64,000 nt of DNA from Octopus sinensis (GCF_006345805.1 NC_043019.1:10725360-10789359), one strand, 5' to 3'. Shown: positions 1 through 14,110, counted from the first letter of the stretch. The notes: a model not told the origin generated them from the sequence alone. Program-made: numbers and translations.

Positions 1-3000
1 TTGAATTAATCAAACATTATCTTGTGGCTTTGAGATTTCGATAATCATCATCAGCATCATCATTTAACATCCGTTTTCCATGCTAGCATGGGTTGGATGG
101 TTCGACCGGGGTCTGGGAAGCCAGGAGGCTGCACCAGGCTCCAGTCTGATCTGGCAGTGTTTCTACAGCTTGATGCCCTTCCTAACGCCAATCACCCCCG
201 TGAGTGTAGTAGGTGCTATTTACGTGCCACTGGCACAGGGGCCAGAGGAGGCTGGCAAACGGCCACAATCGGTTGGTGCTTTTACGTGTCACCAACTTTT
301 GGTATTTTTTATATAGGCTTAGGAATGGCTGTGTGGTAAGTAGCTTGCTTACCAACCACATGATTCCGGGTTCAATCCCACTGCATGGCACCTTGGGCAA
401 GTGTCTTCTGCTATAGCCTCGGGCCGACCAAAGCCTTGTGAGTGGATTTGGTAGACGGAAACTGAAAGAAGCCTGTCGTATATATGTATATATATATGTG
501 TGTGTCTGTGTTTGTCCCCCCCAACATCGCTTGACAACCGATGCTGGTGTGTTTACGTCCCTGTAACTTAGTGGTTCAGCAAAAGAGACTGATAGAATAA
601 GTACTAGGCTTACAAAGAATAAGTCCTGGGGTCGATTTGCTCGACTAAAGGCAGTGCTCCAGCATGGCCACAGTCAAATGACTGAGACAAGTAAAAGAGT
701 AAAAGAGATATCTACTATCATTAGTGGAATAGCCATGAAATTAAATTTTGCAGTTAAAGGGTTAATGCTATAATTAAAGGAAGACCTTGCAAAGTGAGAG
801 GAGGGGACGTTACCAACACTTAACGATATTTATTAATTATTATTATTACATAATGTAAGCAAAAAAAAAAACTTCAACTAGCAATGAGAAATCAGTACAA
901 ATGTAAGATAAACACAAGTGTCTGACGATGGGGGGGGGCAGGGAAGGGGTTGTCGTCAACTCAACCTTTCTACCATTATACAATTATAGAAATGGGGGTG
1001 CAGAGGGGGGAAGGAGCAGGGGATGCTGGGAGTCGGGAGGAGGGGGAAATAATGACAGATACAAGAAGCTCTTGATCTCAGAAGTTATTCGAAGTTTCTT
1101 ACACACACACAGACACACACATGCATGTTCCCACCGTTACCACTGCTCTAGCAGTGTTGTTGTTGTTGTTGGTGGTGGTGGTGATGGTAGCGGTGGTGCA
1201 GAGAAGTGAAAGTAGAGGCTTTGCATGTTGTTACATAGAGTGGAATGGAGCAGACAGTCGAGTCGAGTCGGTTAAACGGGTCTTAATTTTGACAGCTCTC
1301 CTTGGCAGGATAAACAACTTAACTGCAACACTTAGTCAACCACTACAACAACAACCATAACAACAACAACCACCACCACCACCACCACTACTACTACTAC
1401 AGCCATCACTACTGTTAGTATAAACAATTATAATCAGCTACATAGCAATTCAAAACTATCCTCTATCTCATCATCATCATCATCATCTTTGAACTCACAC
1501 CCTCACAATTGTAAGTCTAACACTCTGACCACTGAGGCCATGCACCCTCACATGTTATACCCGATATAGTATCGTTTTAACATCCAATTTCCGTGCTTGC
1601 ATGAGTCAGACGAAATATGTTAAGGTGGATTTTCTTATGGTTGGGTGCCCTTCCTGTCACCTACCCTCACTTGTTGTTTCTAAGCAGCGCAATGTTTCCC
1701 ACATGACCAGACATGATTTTTGCAGAAGCCTGGAAATGAAGGACCCCACTTGCAGGACAGAGGACCAAAGCTTTGTGAGTGGATTTGGTAGACGGAAACT
1801 GAAAAGCAGCCCATCGTATATATATATGTATGTGTGTGTGTGTGTTTGTCCCCCAACATCGCTTGACAACCGATGCTGGTGTGTTTGCATCCCCCGTAAC
1901 TTAGCAGTTCGGCAAAAGAGACCGATAGAATAAGTACTGGGCTTAGAAAGAATAAGTCCTGGGGGTCGATTTGCTCGACTAAAGACGGTGCTCCAGCATG
2001 GCTGCAGTCAAATGACTGAAACAAGTAGAAGAGTGTTACTTTTCAAATTATTTGAAACAAAGTTGGTATATTTCAACAGAAATAGGATAATGAAAGGGTT
2101 AAAAGGAGGAGACAGAAACACTGTGGACAACTGTGTCCGAGTCTTAAGTAGAAGCACCAACAAGAACCTACTTCAAAAGATTTTGTTTGTGGTGATTGTG
2201 GATATGTAGCAAGCACCAATCAGAGTTTGCTTCCCACAGAAGAAAGCATAAGCCTACTCAAGATTGCCAATCAACACCATAGAGTGTCTCTTATATATTA
2301 ATCAAAGCTCAATTCAAAATCAAAGTAAGATGTGAAACCATCACTTGTCTGCAACAGGAGAGTTCACCATATTTATGTCACCATCATCATTTTTATGTCC
2401 ACTTTTTTGCATATCTGGATTGTTGGATGGTATATTTGTTGAAGTGGATTTTTCTATGGCTGGATGCCTTCCTCGTTGCCAACTGTCAACTGTTTCCAAG
2501 TTGGTCTTTTCCCCCATGATCAGAAACGAAAGACAGCACTTGCATGACAGTGGCACTCATTAACAACTATCATGTGATGTCAGAGAGACAAGTAAAACAC
2601 ACACATACACACACAATCATCATTTGATGTCTGTTTTCCATGCCGGCATTGCTTGGACAGTTCCACAGAAACCAACAAGTCGGAAGACTGCACCAATCCT
2701 TGCTGTCTGTTTGGCATGGTTTCTTATTTCTTTATTGCCCACAAGGGGCTAGACATAGAGGGGACAAACAAGGACAGACAAAGGGATTAAGTCGATTACA
2801 TTGACCCCAATGCGTAACTGGTACTTAATTTATTGACCCCGAAAGGATGAAAGGCAAAGTCGACCTCGGCGGAATTTGAACTCAGAACGTAACGGCAGAC
2901 GAAATACCTATTTCTTTACTACCCACAAGGGGCTAAACATAGAGGGGACAAACAAGGACAGACAAAGGGATTAAGTCGATTACATCGACCCCAATGCGTA

Positions 3001-4353
3001 ACTGGTACTTAATTTATTGACCCCGAAAGGATGAAAGGCAAAGTCGACCTCGGCGGAATTTGAACTCAGAACATAAAGATAGACGAAATACCGCTAAGCT
3101 AACGTTTCTGCCAGCTCGCTGCCTTTTGGCATGGTTTCTATGGCTGAATCCCCTGATTAGCTTCTTCCAGTTTCCGTCTACCAAATCCACTCACAAGGCT
3201 TTGGTCAACCCAATGCTATAGCAGAAGACACTTGCCCAAGGTGCCACACAGTGGGACTGAACCCAGGACCATGTGGCTGGGAAGCAAACATCACATCACA
3301 CAGCCACGCCTGCACACATACATGCATGCATGCACACACACACACATACATGCATGCATGCACACACACACACACACACACAGAGTGTTTAAAGATTTCT
3401 CTCCACACAATTTCATTTTGGTTGGGGTGTTTGTTTGTCATGGAAATGCAGTGAGATTGACTCCAACTACATTAAGGGTATGCGTCTATGGAGTACTCAG
3501 CCACTTGCATGTTAATTTCATAGGCAGGCTGTTCCATTGATTACTTAGTATGTATGCATGTATATCATCATCATCACCATTATCATTTAAATCCGTCTTC
3601 CATGTATGTATGTATGCTTGGTTATAAAAGAAACACCCCAAAAACAAACACCCAAAATCACAGTCGAAGACAAGAAATATAAACCAAGGGAGAAATCAAT
3701 CACCACCATCATCATCATCATCATCATCATCACCTCAATGATAAACACATATTCCGATCATCATCAATAACACACTAGAAATACATTGGTGTTTGTGTGA
3801 TGTGTGCATGTGACAGAGAGAGACAGACAGAGTGACAGAGAGAGAGAGAAAGAGAAAAAGATAGTGAAAGAGTGAAAGAGAGAGAGAGAGAGAGAGAGCA
3901 AGAGAGAGAGATTGAGTGACAGAGATAACTGACTTGTTCAATGTTAAAACATTGTCTTCACCTATTTCTAACTTCAACGAAAATAACGCAAGATAAAAGT
4001 GTGGAGACAACAAAAACAACAACAATATCATTATCATCATCATCGACGTCGTCACCACCTCCAAAGCCACCACTTACATACAGAGAGCGAGAGAGAGAGA
4101 GAGAGAGAGAGATAGAAATAAAGAGGAGACAGGTGAGAAAAAAAAGAGAGAAATTATGAGCGTCGCATATAATTTTCCAGCAACAGTGCCCCACACAGCC
4201 CACTTGGTTTTTCCAAAAATAATAAAAAATAATAATCTCCGAGATAAACCAATTGATAACGAGGTGAGATAATTATTCTCACATCCCCCCCCATACACAC
4301 ACACACAATATGTAAGAGGGACTAAAGAAAGATAATAAGAGGTGGCTACTCAC

Positions 4354-4367
4354 CTGACTGCTCAAAA
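4354..4367 (-). CDS. CHERP: Candidate 14-nt CHERP microexon ((V)LSSQ)
   Basis: ATTGTTTAG|TTTTGAGCAGTCAG|GTGAGTAG, 183 nt downstream of exon 2 and open in frame after it. The polypyrimidine tract is weak. Confidence 0.4.
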
Positions 4368-4550
4368 CTAAACAATATTTACTCTCGTTATCTTCCCTCC
4401 ACCTCTACACCACACTCAAACCACCAGATACACACACACATACACATGCACACACACACACAAACACATTGAGTGTGACACACAGACACACAAGCCAACA
4501 GAGAAGGAGAGAAAGAGAAATAGGCAAAGAAAGAGAAGCAAAACACTCAC

Positions 4551-4721
4551 CTGATTGCTCTGCGTTGACTTTGAACTGATAATATTGGTAATATTCTCCG
4601 CCGAAGAGAAAACTGAACTTTGCATTGTCTTTCTGTTTCTGTTTGGTCATCTGCTCAAATTCTGGGCCATTTCGGGCCACAAAATTGGCCAGTTTGTCGA
4701 TGATATTCTTCTGTTCAAGAT
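4551..4721 (-). CDS. CHERP: CHERP exon 2, SURP/SWAP domain (calcium homeostasis ER protein, U2 snRNP-associated splicing factor)
   Basis: 171-nt exon bounded by ...AATGTTTAG| and |GTGAGT, phase 1-1. Encodes (D)LEQKNIIDKLANFVARNGPEFEQMTKQKQKDNAKFSFLFGGEYYQYYQFKVNAEQS, a SURP motif with CHERP-type residues. Confidence 0.95.
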
Positions 4722-5045
4722 CTAAACATTGAAAAAAACGAAAAAGAAAATAAATGAATAAAACAGAGGAGAAAGGTTCGTTAATTACAAAGACTCACGA
4801 GTTAGTTATAATTAGCAGTTTACGGATGACTAAGTGAGTAGAGTGATTGCTACTAATTAAATCTTTTGTAACCATTCCTCAGTTCAAATTCACTATCTTT
4901 GAATTAATTTGGAAAATAACAAAGGATTGTGGTAAGAAGCTTGCGCCTTGGGCAAGTGTCTTCTACTATAGCCTTAATTCGATCAAAGCCAGGTGAGTAG
5001 ATTTAGTAGGTGGAAACTGAAAGAAACCTGTCATATATATATATA

Positions 5046-5580
5046 CTAGCACCATGACCTGGCGTTGCTGGGTCATAGTGCTAGTGCATGCATATACAGC
5101 TGCGTGCATGCGCACATAAACGCGAGTACTGTCCAAATCTCCGACCAATCCCATACAAATAGCTGGCATTCAATTGGCGCATCAAGTTTCGGGCATTTTG
5201 ATTGGGTTTTGGATAGAAAATTCACAAATAAGTTACTTCTATTGATTTTTTTAATGGCTTTGCGGGGTGACTGGGGAAATGTAAAGATGTGCACGACCAC
5301 CCTTGGATGGTTTTGAATGACCATAGAAAGTGCGAGCCCTCTAACTGAAAAATTGTGGATTTGTATAAAGGACATGCACACGCACACAAACAAACAGACA
5401 TTTTGCCGTTTGTGCTCCCCTATATTTCTGCACCCCCCCGCCACGAACCCCCCTCTTCAATACGCTATTTCACCATGCATTACCCCTCTCTCGATATCCT
5501 ACGTTCTACTTGCCTAGTACCTGTCCTCTGAACCACCCCTCCCACTGGTGCTCCCCTATATTTCTGCACCCTCCCCCATA
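5046..5580. mobile_element. Helitron/Helentron-like non-autonomous element fragment
   Basis: Terminal hairpin ACTAGCACCATGACC...GGTCATAGTGCTAGT (5046-5086) and an internal short duplication TGCTCCCCTATATTTCTGCACC. Confidence 0.4.
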
Positions 5581-6300
5581 AAAAGCACCATCCGAACGTG
5601 GCCGATGCCAGACCCCTCTGGCACCTGTGCAGGTGGCACGTAAAAAACACCCACTACACTCGCGGAGTGGTTGGCGTTAGGAAGGGCATCCAGCTGTAGA
5701 AACACTGCCAGACTAGACTGGAGCCTGGGGCAGTCCCGAGCTCCCCAGACCCCGGTCGAAACCGTCCAACCCGTGCTAGCGCGGAAAACGGACGTTAAAC
5801 GATGATGATGATGATGATGATGATGATATATATGTGTGTGTGTGTGTGTCTTTGTATCAGTGTTTGACCTCCACCACTACTTGACAACCAGTGTTCATGT
5901 GTTTATGTCTCCATAACTTAGCTGTTCCCTGTGTTTACTTTGCAAGTTGTGAGATTTGTGTTTTTTCTGATCACGTCGCCTTACTGGCACTTGTGCTGGT
6001 GGCACGTGAAATATTCGAGCAAGGTCGTCGCCAGTGCCGCTGGACTGGCTCCTGTGCAGGTGGCACGTAAAAAGCACCACTTGGGCGTGGCCGTTGCCAG
6101 TACCACCAAACTGGGCCTCGTGCCGGTGGCACGTAAAAGCACCCAGTACACTCTCGGAGTGGTTGGCATTAGGAAGGGCATCCAGCTGTAGAAACTCTGC
6201 CAGATCAGATTGGAGTCTGGTTCGCCAGACCTCAGTCAAATCGTCCAACCCATGCTAGCATGGAAAGCGGACGTTAGATGATGATGATGATGATGATGTA

Positions 6301-7025
6301 TGCTGTAGTCTGTGATTTTGTCATGAACAAGAACAAAGAGCCAACGTGAAATTTTACATTAAACTTAGGAAGAGTGCTAGAGATGTTGAGCATGCTTCAG
6401 CAAGCTTATGGTGACAAGGCAATGGGTTGTATGCATTGTTTCGAGTGGCACGGGCGCTTCAAAAGCAGAACATCCCTAGAAGATGATGAGTGATTTGGAA
6501 GACCTGCCACAAGCATCAAGCCCAGAAACATGATATTGTGCATCGAGAATTCATCCCCCAGAGCCAGATTGTCAATCAAGAGTTCTATTGCAATGTTTTG
6601 AAGTGTTTGAGGGAGGACATTTGGCAAAAGTAATCTGATCTGTGGAGTGTGAAGAATTGGATTCTTCACCGAGTTCTCCTCACTCGTGAGTTTCTCACCA
6701 AAAACAACATGGTATCCTTTCTGCATCCACCCTATTCGCCATATTTAGCCCCTGCAGACTTCCATCTCTTCCCCAAAGATGAAAAGGCAGTTCAAAGGTC
6801 ACTGTTTTAACACCGGTGCCAAGATCCAGAACAAACTGCAGAAAGTCCTCGACTCGCTTATGGAAAATGACCTCCAGGCCAGATTCCAAAATAGCAGGAA
6901 CACCAGGACTGGTGTATTGCCAATCAAGGTGACTACTTCAAAGGAGATGATGTTAAAACTTAGGTAAATAGGCTATTTTTTTTATTGAGCGTAACTAGTC
7001 CAAGGACCTTTTGATACCACCCCAT
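6301..7025 (+). mobile_element. Mariner-family transposon relic (internally deleted, frameshifted)
   Basis: Fragments translate as EQRANVKF, LQQAYGD, CFEWH, SLEDDE..GRP and HPPYSP.LAPADFHLFPKMK (mariner YSPDLAP-D motif). Confidence 0.85.
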
Positions 7026-7749
7026 AAAAATTAATATGGAATTTTGATAGAATGTTTTAATTCAGATCACTTTAAGATCAGATGTTTGTATCGTATAACC
7101 AGGTGTGGTTTCAAATAAATTGATGTCAGTAAGGTTAAAACACTTTTTTGATAAGATCTTGCCTGAGACCACTTTCTGTTTTATGACGCAAAATTACGCC
7201 AATTTGAGATAATTGTATTTAAAGAAAAACTATCCACTTATAATTCAATTATATAGGAGAAATTTTATTTTGTTCCCCATCCAGATATCATCATCATCAT
7301 CATCAACAACAATATCCTCATTTGATGTCCATGTTCCATGCTAGCATGGGTTGGATAGCATGACAGGATTCAATGGGCCCCAAGGAGTGCGTCATACTCC
7401 AATATCAGTTTTGGCATGGCTTCTATGGCTAGATGCTCTTCCAAACACCAACTGCTGGGTACTTTTTTTGTGCTACAAGCACTTGTGAGGTCACCATGTG
7501 ACTCGCAAGACTGCAAACTCTGAGTGGGGAGGGGAAACTTTATGCTTTGAGAATAAAGAGTAGAGGCGGGTAAAGTATGAGAGAAAGGACTGGAGCAGAA
7601 TGGGTTTCTTGTTACAGAGGAGCGACATGACTGCTCACCAGCTGAATAATGGAAAAGTTAGTTGGGACCTTTTTCCCACTAAATACCCTCTAAATTATTA
7701 GATTATTTGCAACTAAAAGAAAGCATAGGTGCAAGTGTGGCTGTTTAAT

Positions 7750-8140
7750 GGATGGAAGCACTCTGTTGGTTACGACGACGAGGGTTCCGGTTGATCCGAA
7801 TCAACGGGTCAGCCTACTCGTGAAATTAACGTGTAAGTGGCTGAGCACTCCACAGACACGTGCAACCCTTAACGTAGTTCTCGGGGGATATTCAGCGTGA
7901 CACAGAGAGTGACAAGGCCGGCCCTTTGAAATACAGGTACAACAGAAACAGGAAGTAAGAGTGAGAGAAAGTTGTGGTGAAAGAGTACAGCAGGGATCAC
8001 CACCATCCCCTGCCGGAGCCTCGTGGAGCTTTTAGGTGTTTTCGCTCAATAAACACTCACAACGCCCGGTCTGGGAATCGAAACTGCGATCCTACGACCA
8101 CGAGTCCGCTGCCCTAACCACTGGGCCATTGCGCCTCCAC
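7750..8140 (-). mobile_element. Full-length tRNA-derived SINE with an 11-bp TSD
   Basis: Head GTGGAGGCGCAATGGCCCAGTGGTTAGG...GTTTCGATTCC (A/B boxes). TSD GGCTGTTTAAT at 7739-7749 and 8141-8151. Confidence 0.9.
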
Positions 8141-9058
8141 GGCTGTTTAATAAAAAGTTCGCTTCTCTAAAACATGGTTCTCGGTTTGGTTAGTTGGACA
8201 TGTGTGTGTATGTGTGTGCATGTGTGTGTGTGCATGTATTTATGCTTTCGTATTTGTGTTTGTTCCCCACCACCTGGTTGACAACCGGTGTTGATGTCTC
8301 TACATCCCTGTAACTTAGCAGTTCAGCAAATGAGAACAACAGAACAAGTACCGGGTTTTAAAAAAAGAGAACATTCTGAGGGGGGGGGGGGGCAATTCGT
8401 TGACTAAAAATCCTTCGAGGTGCTGCCCCAGCATGGCCACACTCTAATATCTGAAACAAGATATATATAATATATATAAAATATATATGGTACAACTGCT
8501 ATACAATGCACCAAAGAACATAGCATGAAGGTCACGCTTCACAAAATGTTGCAGCTACCACAGGATACACTAAGTAATATGGCACGAGTGCCACCCCCCA
8601 ACACACGTCACAACCGTTGTACCACCACTACCATCACCTCCACCACCACCACCACCGCCATCACCACAGCCCTGTACATGACGTGACACACTCGCCACAT
8701 ACTGCACCCAACACATAGGACGCAGACTGACAAAAGTAATATCCTGGTTGATTGACATGTAAATAACATTCACAATAAACCGATCCTTCAGTGGTAACCA
8801 TGAATAAATGCACTGGCCAATGGTTAATTTATTTATTTTTTGTGGTCGAGTTCTTCCAACCTTTCATATCCGACTGGAAGTTTTAACAATAGACAATTAA
8901 ATAGAGGATTAAACTTCCTAAATGTATTAATAGACGGAGCAGGCAAATTGTCAACACGTAGGCCAAGTTGACACTGAAGGTCACTGAACTATGACACAGA
9001 TACATCCAAGAGGCCGGTCAACAGACCACAGATTCATGTTACCTCTCCATAGACTCAT

Positions 9059-9645
9059 TTAATTCTTTATTGCCCACAAGGGGCTAAACATAGAGGGTAC
9101 AAACAAGGACAAAGGGACTAAGTCGATTACATCGACCCCAGTGCGTAACTGGTACTTATTTAATTGACCCCGAAAAGATGAAAGACAAAGTCGACCTTGG
9201 CGTGATTTGAGCTCAGAACGTAGTGGCAGACAAAATACTTATTTCTTTAATACCCACAAGGGGCTAAACACAGAGAGGACAAACAAGGACAGACAAATGG
9301 ATTAAGTCGATTATGTCGACCCCAGTGCGTAACTGGTACTTATTTAATTGACCCTGAAAAGATGAAAGGCAAAGTCGACCTTGGCGTAATTTGAGCTCAG
9401 AACGTAGTGGCAGACAAAATACTTATTTCTTTACTACCCACAAGGGGCTAAACACAGAGAGGACAAACAAGGACAGACAAACGGATTAAGTCGATTATAT
9501 CAACCCCAGTGCGTAACTGGTACTTATTTAATCGACCCTGAAAGGATGAAAGGCAAAGTCGACCTTGGCGGAATTTGAGCTCAGAACATAGCGGCAGACG
9601 AAATACCGCTACGCATTTCGCCTGGCGTCCTAACGATTCTGCCAG
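9059..9645 (-). mobile_element. Trimeric SINE (~180-bp units) within one 16-bp TSD
   Basis: TSD CTCTCCATAGACTCAT at 9043-9058 and 9646-9661. Confidence 0.85.
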
Positions 9646-10959
9646 CTCTCCATAGACTCATGTCTCCTCATTGTGTCATGGGCTGCTGAAGATTGCAGTG
9701 ACACATATCTCTCCTTGATAACAGTGGGAGGTGATGGCAGTTTCTTTGTGTCTGAGAATTATGAGACAGCAAGTGACTATTTAAAACCATTCTTGACGCT
9801 GCAGGCCTCTTCATCCTGCCTACACTGAGTAGTTTTAAAGTGAAACTCAATCAGTGCAATCTGATCCCACTCTTTACACCTTTAGCATTTAAACTGGCCA
9901 TATCCAGCTGTATCCATCCCAAAAATTCTCCCTTGTTTTATTTCAAAGCATCTACATTTGGCCTCTCACATCTACCCTGCAATGTCATTCTAAAAGTGAG
10001 CAATCACTTCATCAAAATTTTGAAGCTACAAAATAATGCATGAGGAATGGCTATGTGGTAAGAAGCTTGCTTCCCAAACACATGGTTCTGGGTTCAGTCC
10101 CACTGCATGGCACCTCGGGCAAGTGTCTTCTACTATAGCTTCAGGCCGACCAAAGTATATCAAGACCTTTTAGTTTCCATCTAGCAAATCCACTCGCAAG
10201 GCTTTGGGCAGCCTGAAGCTATGGTAGAAGACACTTGCCCAAGGTACCATGCAATGGGATTGAACCCAGAACCATGTGGTTGAGAAACAAACTTCTTACC
10301 ATGAGGCACGTCTGTGGGGAAAACTATGGTCCACAGGACTTTTTGAAAGGTATGCCTCAGAAGAATTACTTTGAATGTAAACTGCTTCTCGGAAACAGTT
10401 GCCAATGCCTAATATACACACACATACACACACACTTTTGCAGCACATACTCCTCCCTGGTGAGAATGAAAATCATAAACTATTATTTCCAAACCATTTC
10501 AATAAATTCCAGACAATCTAAAATCAATGAAACTCAAAACAAAGCACAGTTCAATATTGTATGTGAATGTGTACAAACACATTAGCCTTCTATCAGAAAA
10601 TTGAAGTCAGCTGCTATAAAACAGTAGTAATGCAGTGTAAGAAGGCAGCGGGAATATCTGAGAAGCTGATGTTGTTTAACTCTAGGTCGGCCCAGATCCG
10701 GTAGTACTACAGTACGAAGACAGAAGGCCAAATGCCAAGGCATGACAGACAGATCAAACCCAACCCCACCCTTCCAATTATACCATGTCTTTCCCTAGTG
10801 GGGTGAGGTGGGGGGCTTACTATGCTGCATGCGCCAAATAATGATATATAACTCTTTTACTTGTTTCAGTCATTTGACTGTGGCGACCATGCTGGAGCAC
10901 CGCCTTTAGTCGAGCAAATCGACCCCAGGACTTATTCTATCAGTCACTTTTACTTGTTG

Positions 10960-11757
10960 AGTTTTGCTTGTCATCACCAAGACCTCCTCTTTCAGATGAT
11001 GCCACACTTGTTGCACACACAGAAAGAGCCCTGCTGTGCATCACATCCTGCTTTGCAGAGGCCACCCAGCTCTTCGGGCTGGAAGTAAGCTTGAAAAAAA
11101 AAAAGACTGAGGTCCTACACCAACCAGCTCCTCAGGAAGAGTACAGGATGCAGCACATCACCATTGCCGAAACAGAACTGAAGTCGGTACAGCAGTTGAC
11201 TTATCTTGGATGTACCGTTTCATCAGATGCAAGTATCAACAAAGAAATTGACAACAGACTTGGAAAAGAAAACAAAGCATTTGCCAGTCTGCACAAGCAT
11301 GTGTGGAACAATAAGCATCTTAAGGTCAGCACAAAAGTCAGAGTCTACAGGGCTGTAGTCCTCACAACACTCTATATGGCTCTGAGACCTGGGTCCGCTA
11401 CCACTGTCATCTCAGGCCCCTTGAACGTTTTCACCAACACTGCCTTTGTACCATCCTCAGCATCTACTGGAGCGACTACATCACCAGCACTGAGGTCCTC
11501 AAGTGAGCCAAAGGTCACCAGCCTGGAAGCCCTTTTACTTGAGACACGACTACGTTGGGTAGGACATGTTGACAGGATGAAAGACCACCACCTACCCAAG
11601 ATCATCATGTATGGTGAGCTCACCACTGCCCACCACAACAGAGGGGCACCAAAGAAGCATTACAAGGACTGCCTGAAGCAGTCCCTTAGTATTTGTGACA
11701 TTGATTATCATGAGTGGTCCACTCTAACAGCCAACCGTGCTGCTTGGTGCCATACCT
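10960..11757 (+). mobile_element. RTE (BovB-like) LINE fragment, RT C-terminal half
   Basis: LSDDATLVAH (decayed FADD), FGLEVSLKKKKTEVLHQP, TYLGCTVS, KVRVYRAVVLTTLY, RLRWVGHVDRM, GAPKKHYKDCLK. Confidence 0.9.
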
Positions 11758-12002
11758 GTTTCTTTATTACCCACAAGGGGCTAAACATAGAGGGGACAAA
11801 CAAGGACAGACAAACGGTTTAAGTCGATTACATCGACCCCAGTGCGTAACTGGTACTTAATTTATCGACCCCGAAAGGATGAAAGGTAAAGTCAACCTTG
11901 GTGGAATTTGAACTCACAATATAACAGCAGACGAAATACCGCTAAGCATTTCGCCCGACGTGCTAACGTTTCTGCCAGCTCTCCACCTTACCATCAGCGA
12001 TG

Positions 12003-14110
12003 CTGTTTCCTGTTGAGACCTAGAGGACTGATAAATAAAGGAAACTACCTAGACTCATTGCTAACTCCCACCTTACTGACAACAACTCTGCACACAGTTT
12101 GAATGGCTCTCACCAGCCATTCATCTACTCCTAGGTTCTGCAGCAACCACCAGATGAGCGAGTAAGGGACCCTCTCAAAGGCTTTCTCCATGTTGACAAA
12201 TACCAAGTACAGTGGTTTGTTTTTGGATAAATACTTCTCTTGCAGTTGCTGAACTATAAAGCGAGCATCAGTAGTGTTTCTCCCTGGCACAAAATCAAAC
12301 TACATCTCATCTAGGTTAATTCTCTTCCTAATTAGTTGTAACTTTCATGATTTGGTCCAGCAATTTGATACCACTGTAATTACTTCTGTCTAAGGTGTCT
12401 CTTTTACCCTTTGAAAAGCAGTTGACTATAATGCTGTTACACCAGTTGTTGGCTATGATACCTTCCTAGACAACCTGGTTAACAATAAGTGTGACTAGGC
12501 TTTATCCAACTCTGCCAGATATTTTAAGCATCTTGGCAGTAATTCCTGATGGACCAGAGGCTGTCATCTTCATCATCTTTTGATGTCTGTTCTACATGCT
12601 GGCATGGGTTGGATGGTTTCATGGGAGTTGGCCAGCTGGAGAACTGCCCGGGTTCCATTTCTGTTTTGGCGTTGTTTCTATGACTGGATGCCCTTCCTAA
12701 TGCCAACCACTTTACAGTGTAGTGGGTGCTTCTACATGACACCAGCACCCATGAGCCTGCAAGACTAGGATCTCTTGGCTGAGAGAGGGATGTAGAGGAC
12801 ATGACTGTATGCATGGACAGCTACGATTTTACTTAGCTTGGTGTGTCTTCTCAAGCACAGCAAACTGCCAGAAGTTGCATATCCTTAATTGTTTTATCTA
12901 TTATATTTATCATTATTCCAATCTGCCAAATATTTTAAGCAACTTGGCAGTAATTCCTGAGGGACCAGTGGTTTTCTTAATCATTATGTCAATTGTTTAT
13001 CTATCATACGGCTATCAACAACAGATTATCCTTCTCCTCGTGGCAAGCTGGCAGAATTGTTAGCATGCCGGGCGAAATGCTTAGTGGTATTTCGCCTGCC
13101 ACTATGTTCTGAGTTCAAATTCCGCTGAGGTCAACTTTGCCTTTCACCCTTTCAGGGTTGATTAAATATGTACCAGTTACGCACTGGTGTCGATATAATC
13201 GACTTAATCCGTTTGTTTGTCCCTTCTGTGTTTAGCCCCTTGTGGGTAGTAAAGAAATAGAAGATTATCCTTCTCCCATGCACTATCCCACTCTGCCAGA
13301 TATTTTAAGCATCTTGGCAGTAATTTCTGATGGACTAGGGGCTTTCCCAGTCTTCATATCTTTATCTGTTTTGTCTATAATACCATCAACAACAGATTCT
13401 CCTTCTCCTATGCATTCTCCATATTTAAATACCTTTCACAGTAGCATTTCCATGCCTCTTTCTTTTCAGAATCACTAAGTGCAAGTTTGCCATTATCCAA
13501 CTGTACACACTTCTCTCCCACAACATCTCAATTTTCTCTGATACATTGTCTTGCAGTCTGGAAAACCTCATGCCTCTAGTCTTCACACTTGAACATTAGC
13601 AAACCTCTTCCTCTCTGATTTCCTCTTACTAGACAGACCCGTTGCCGAGCTTCTTTTCTAGCCATTGGTATATTTCTCTGCTCCCTCCATTCTTCCACTT
13701 CCAAGCCTGCCCCTTCACTTTTATGGTTCTGCCTACTTTACCGTTCCAACACCATGTCACCCTTGCTCTGGCTAGAACTTTGCACCAGCTACAGATTTGG
13801 TCAATCACCCTCAATAGGTTGTCTCAAAGGAACTTCCAACTCTCCTCTACATCATAAGTCTTTATCTCCTCCTCCTCATCATCATCAAATGCTCCAACTG
13901 GTATTTCTCTAAATTTCTGCCTGTTCACTGAATCTTAGAGTTTACATAACTTTCTTCCCAGACTGATTTATGTCTCCAAGACCTTTTAGTTCTAAGTCTG
14001 AAGTTGCTAGCCACTAAACTATGCTGGGTTAAACATACCTCACCTGGAAAGGACTTTGCATTCATAAGCATCTATCTATCCCATTTTTCTACAGTAAATG
14101 TAGTCAATCC
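12003..14110 (-). mobile_element. Fragmented RTE-clade LINE, interrupted by other repeats
   Basis: ORF 12045-12290 (MPGRNTTDARFIVQQLQEKYL..KPLYLVFVNMEKAFERVP) is the RT N-terminal part. Linker/endonuclease-proximal remnants lie at ~13300-14110. Confidence 0.75.

Noticed and set aside
2130-2290. FVCGDCGYVAST zinc-finger-like fragment
   Set aside because: Isolated, with no His ligands at the expected spacing; at best a decayed LINE C-terminus.
4405-4550. C-terminal extension of the 4405-4680 ORF
   Set aside because: Read-through past the GTGAGT donor into intronic microsatellite; SURP similarity ends at 4551.
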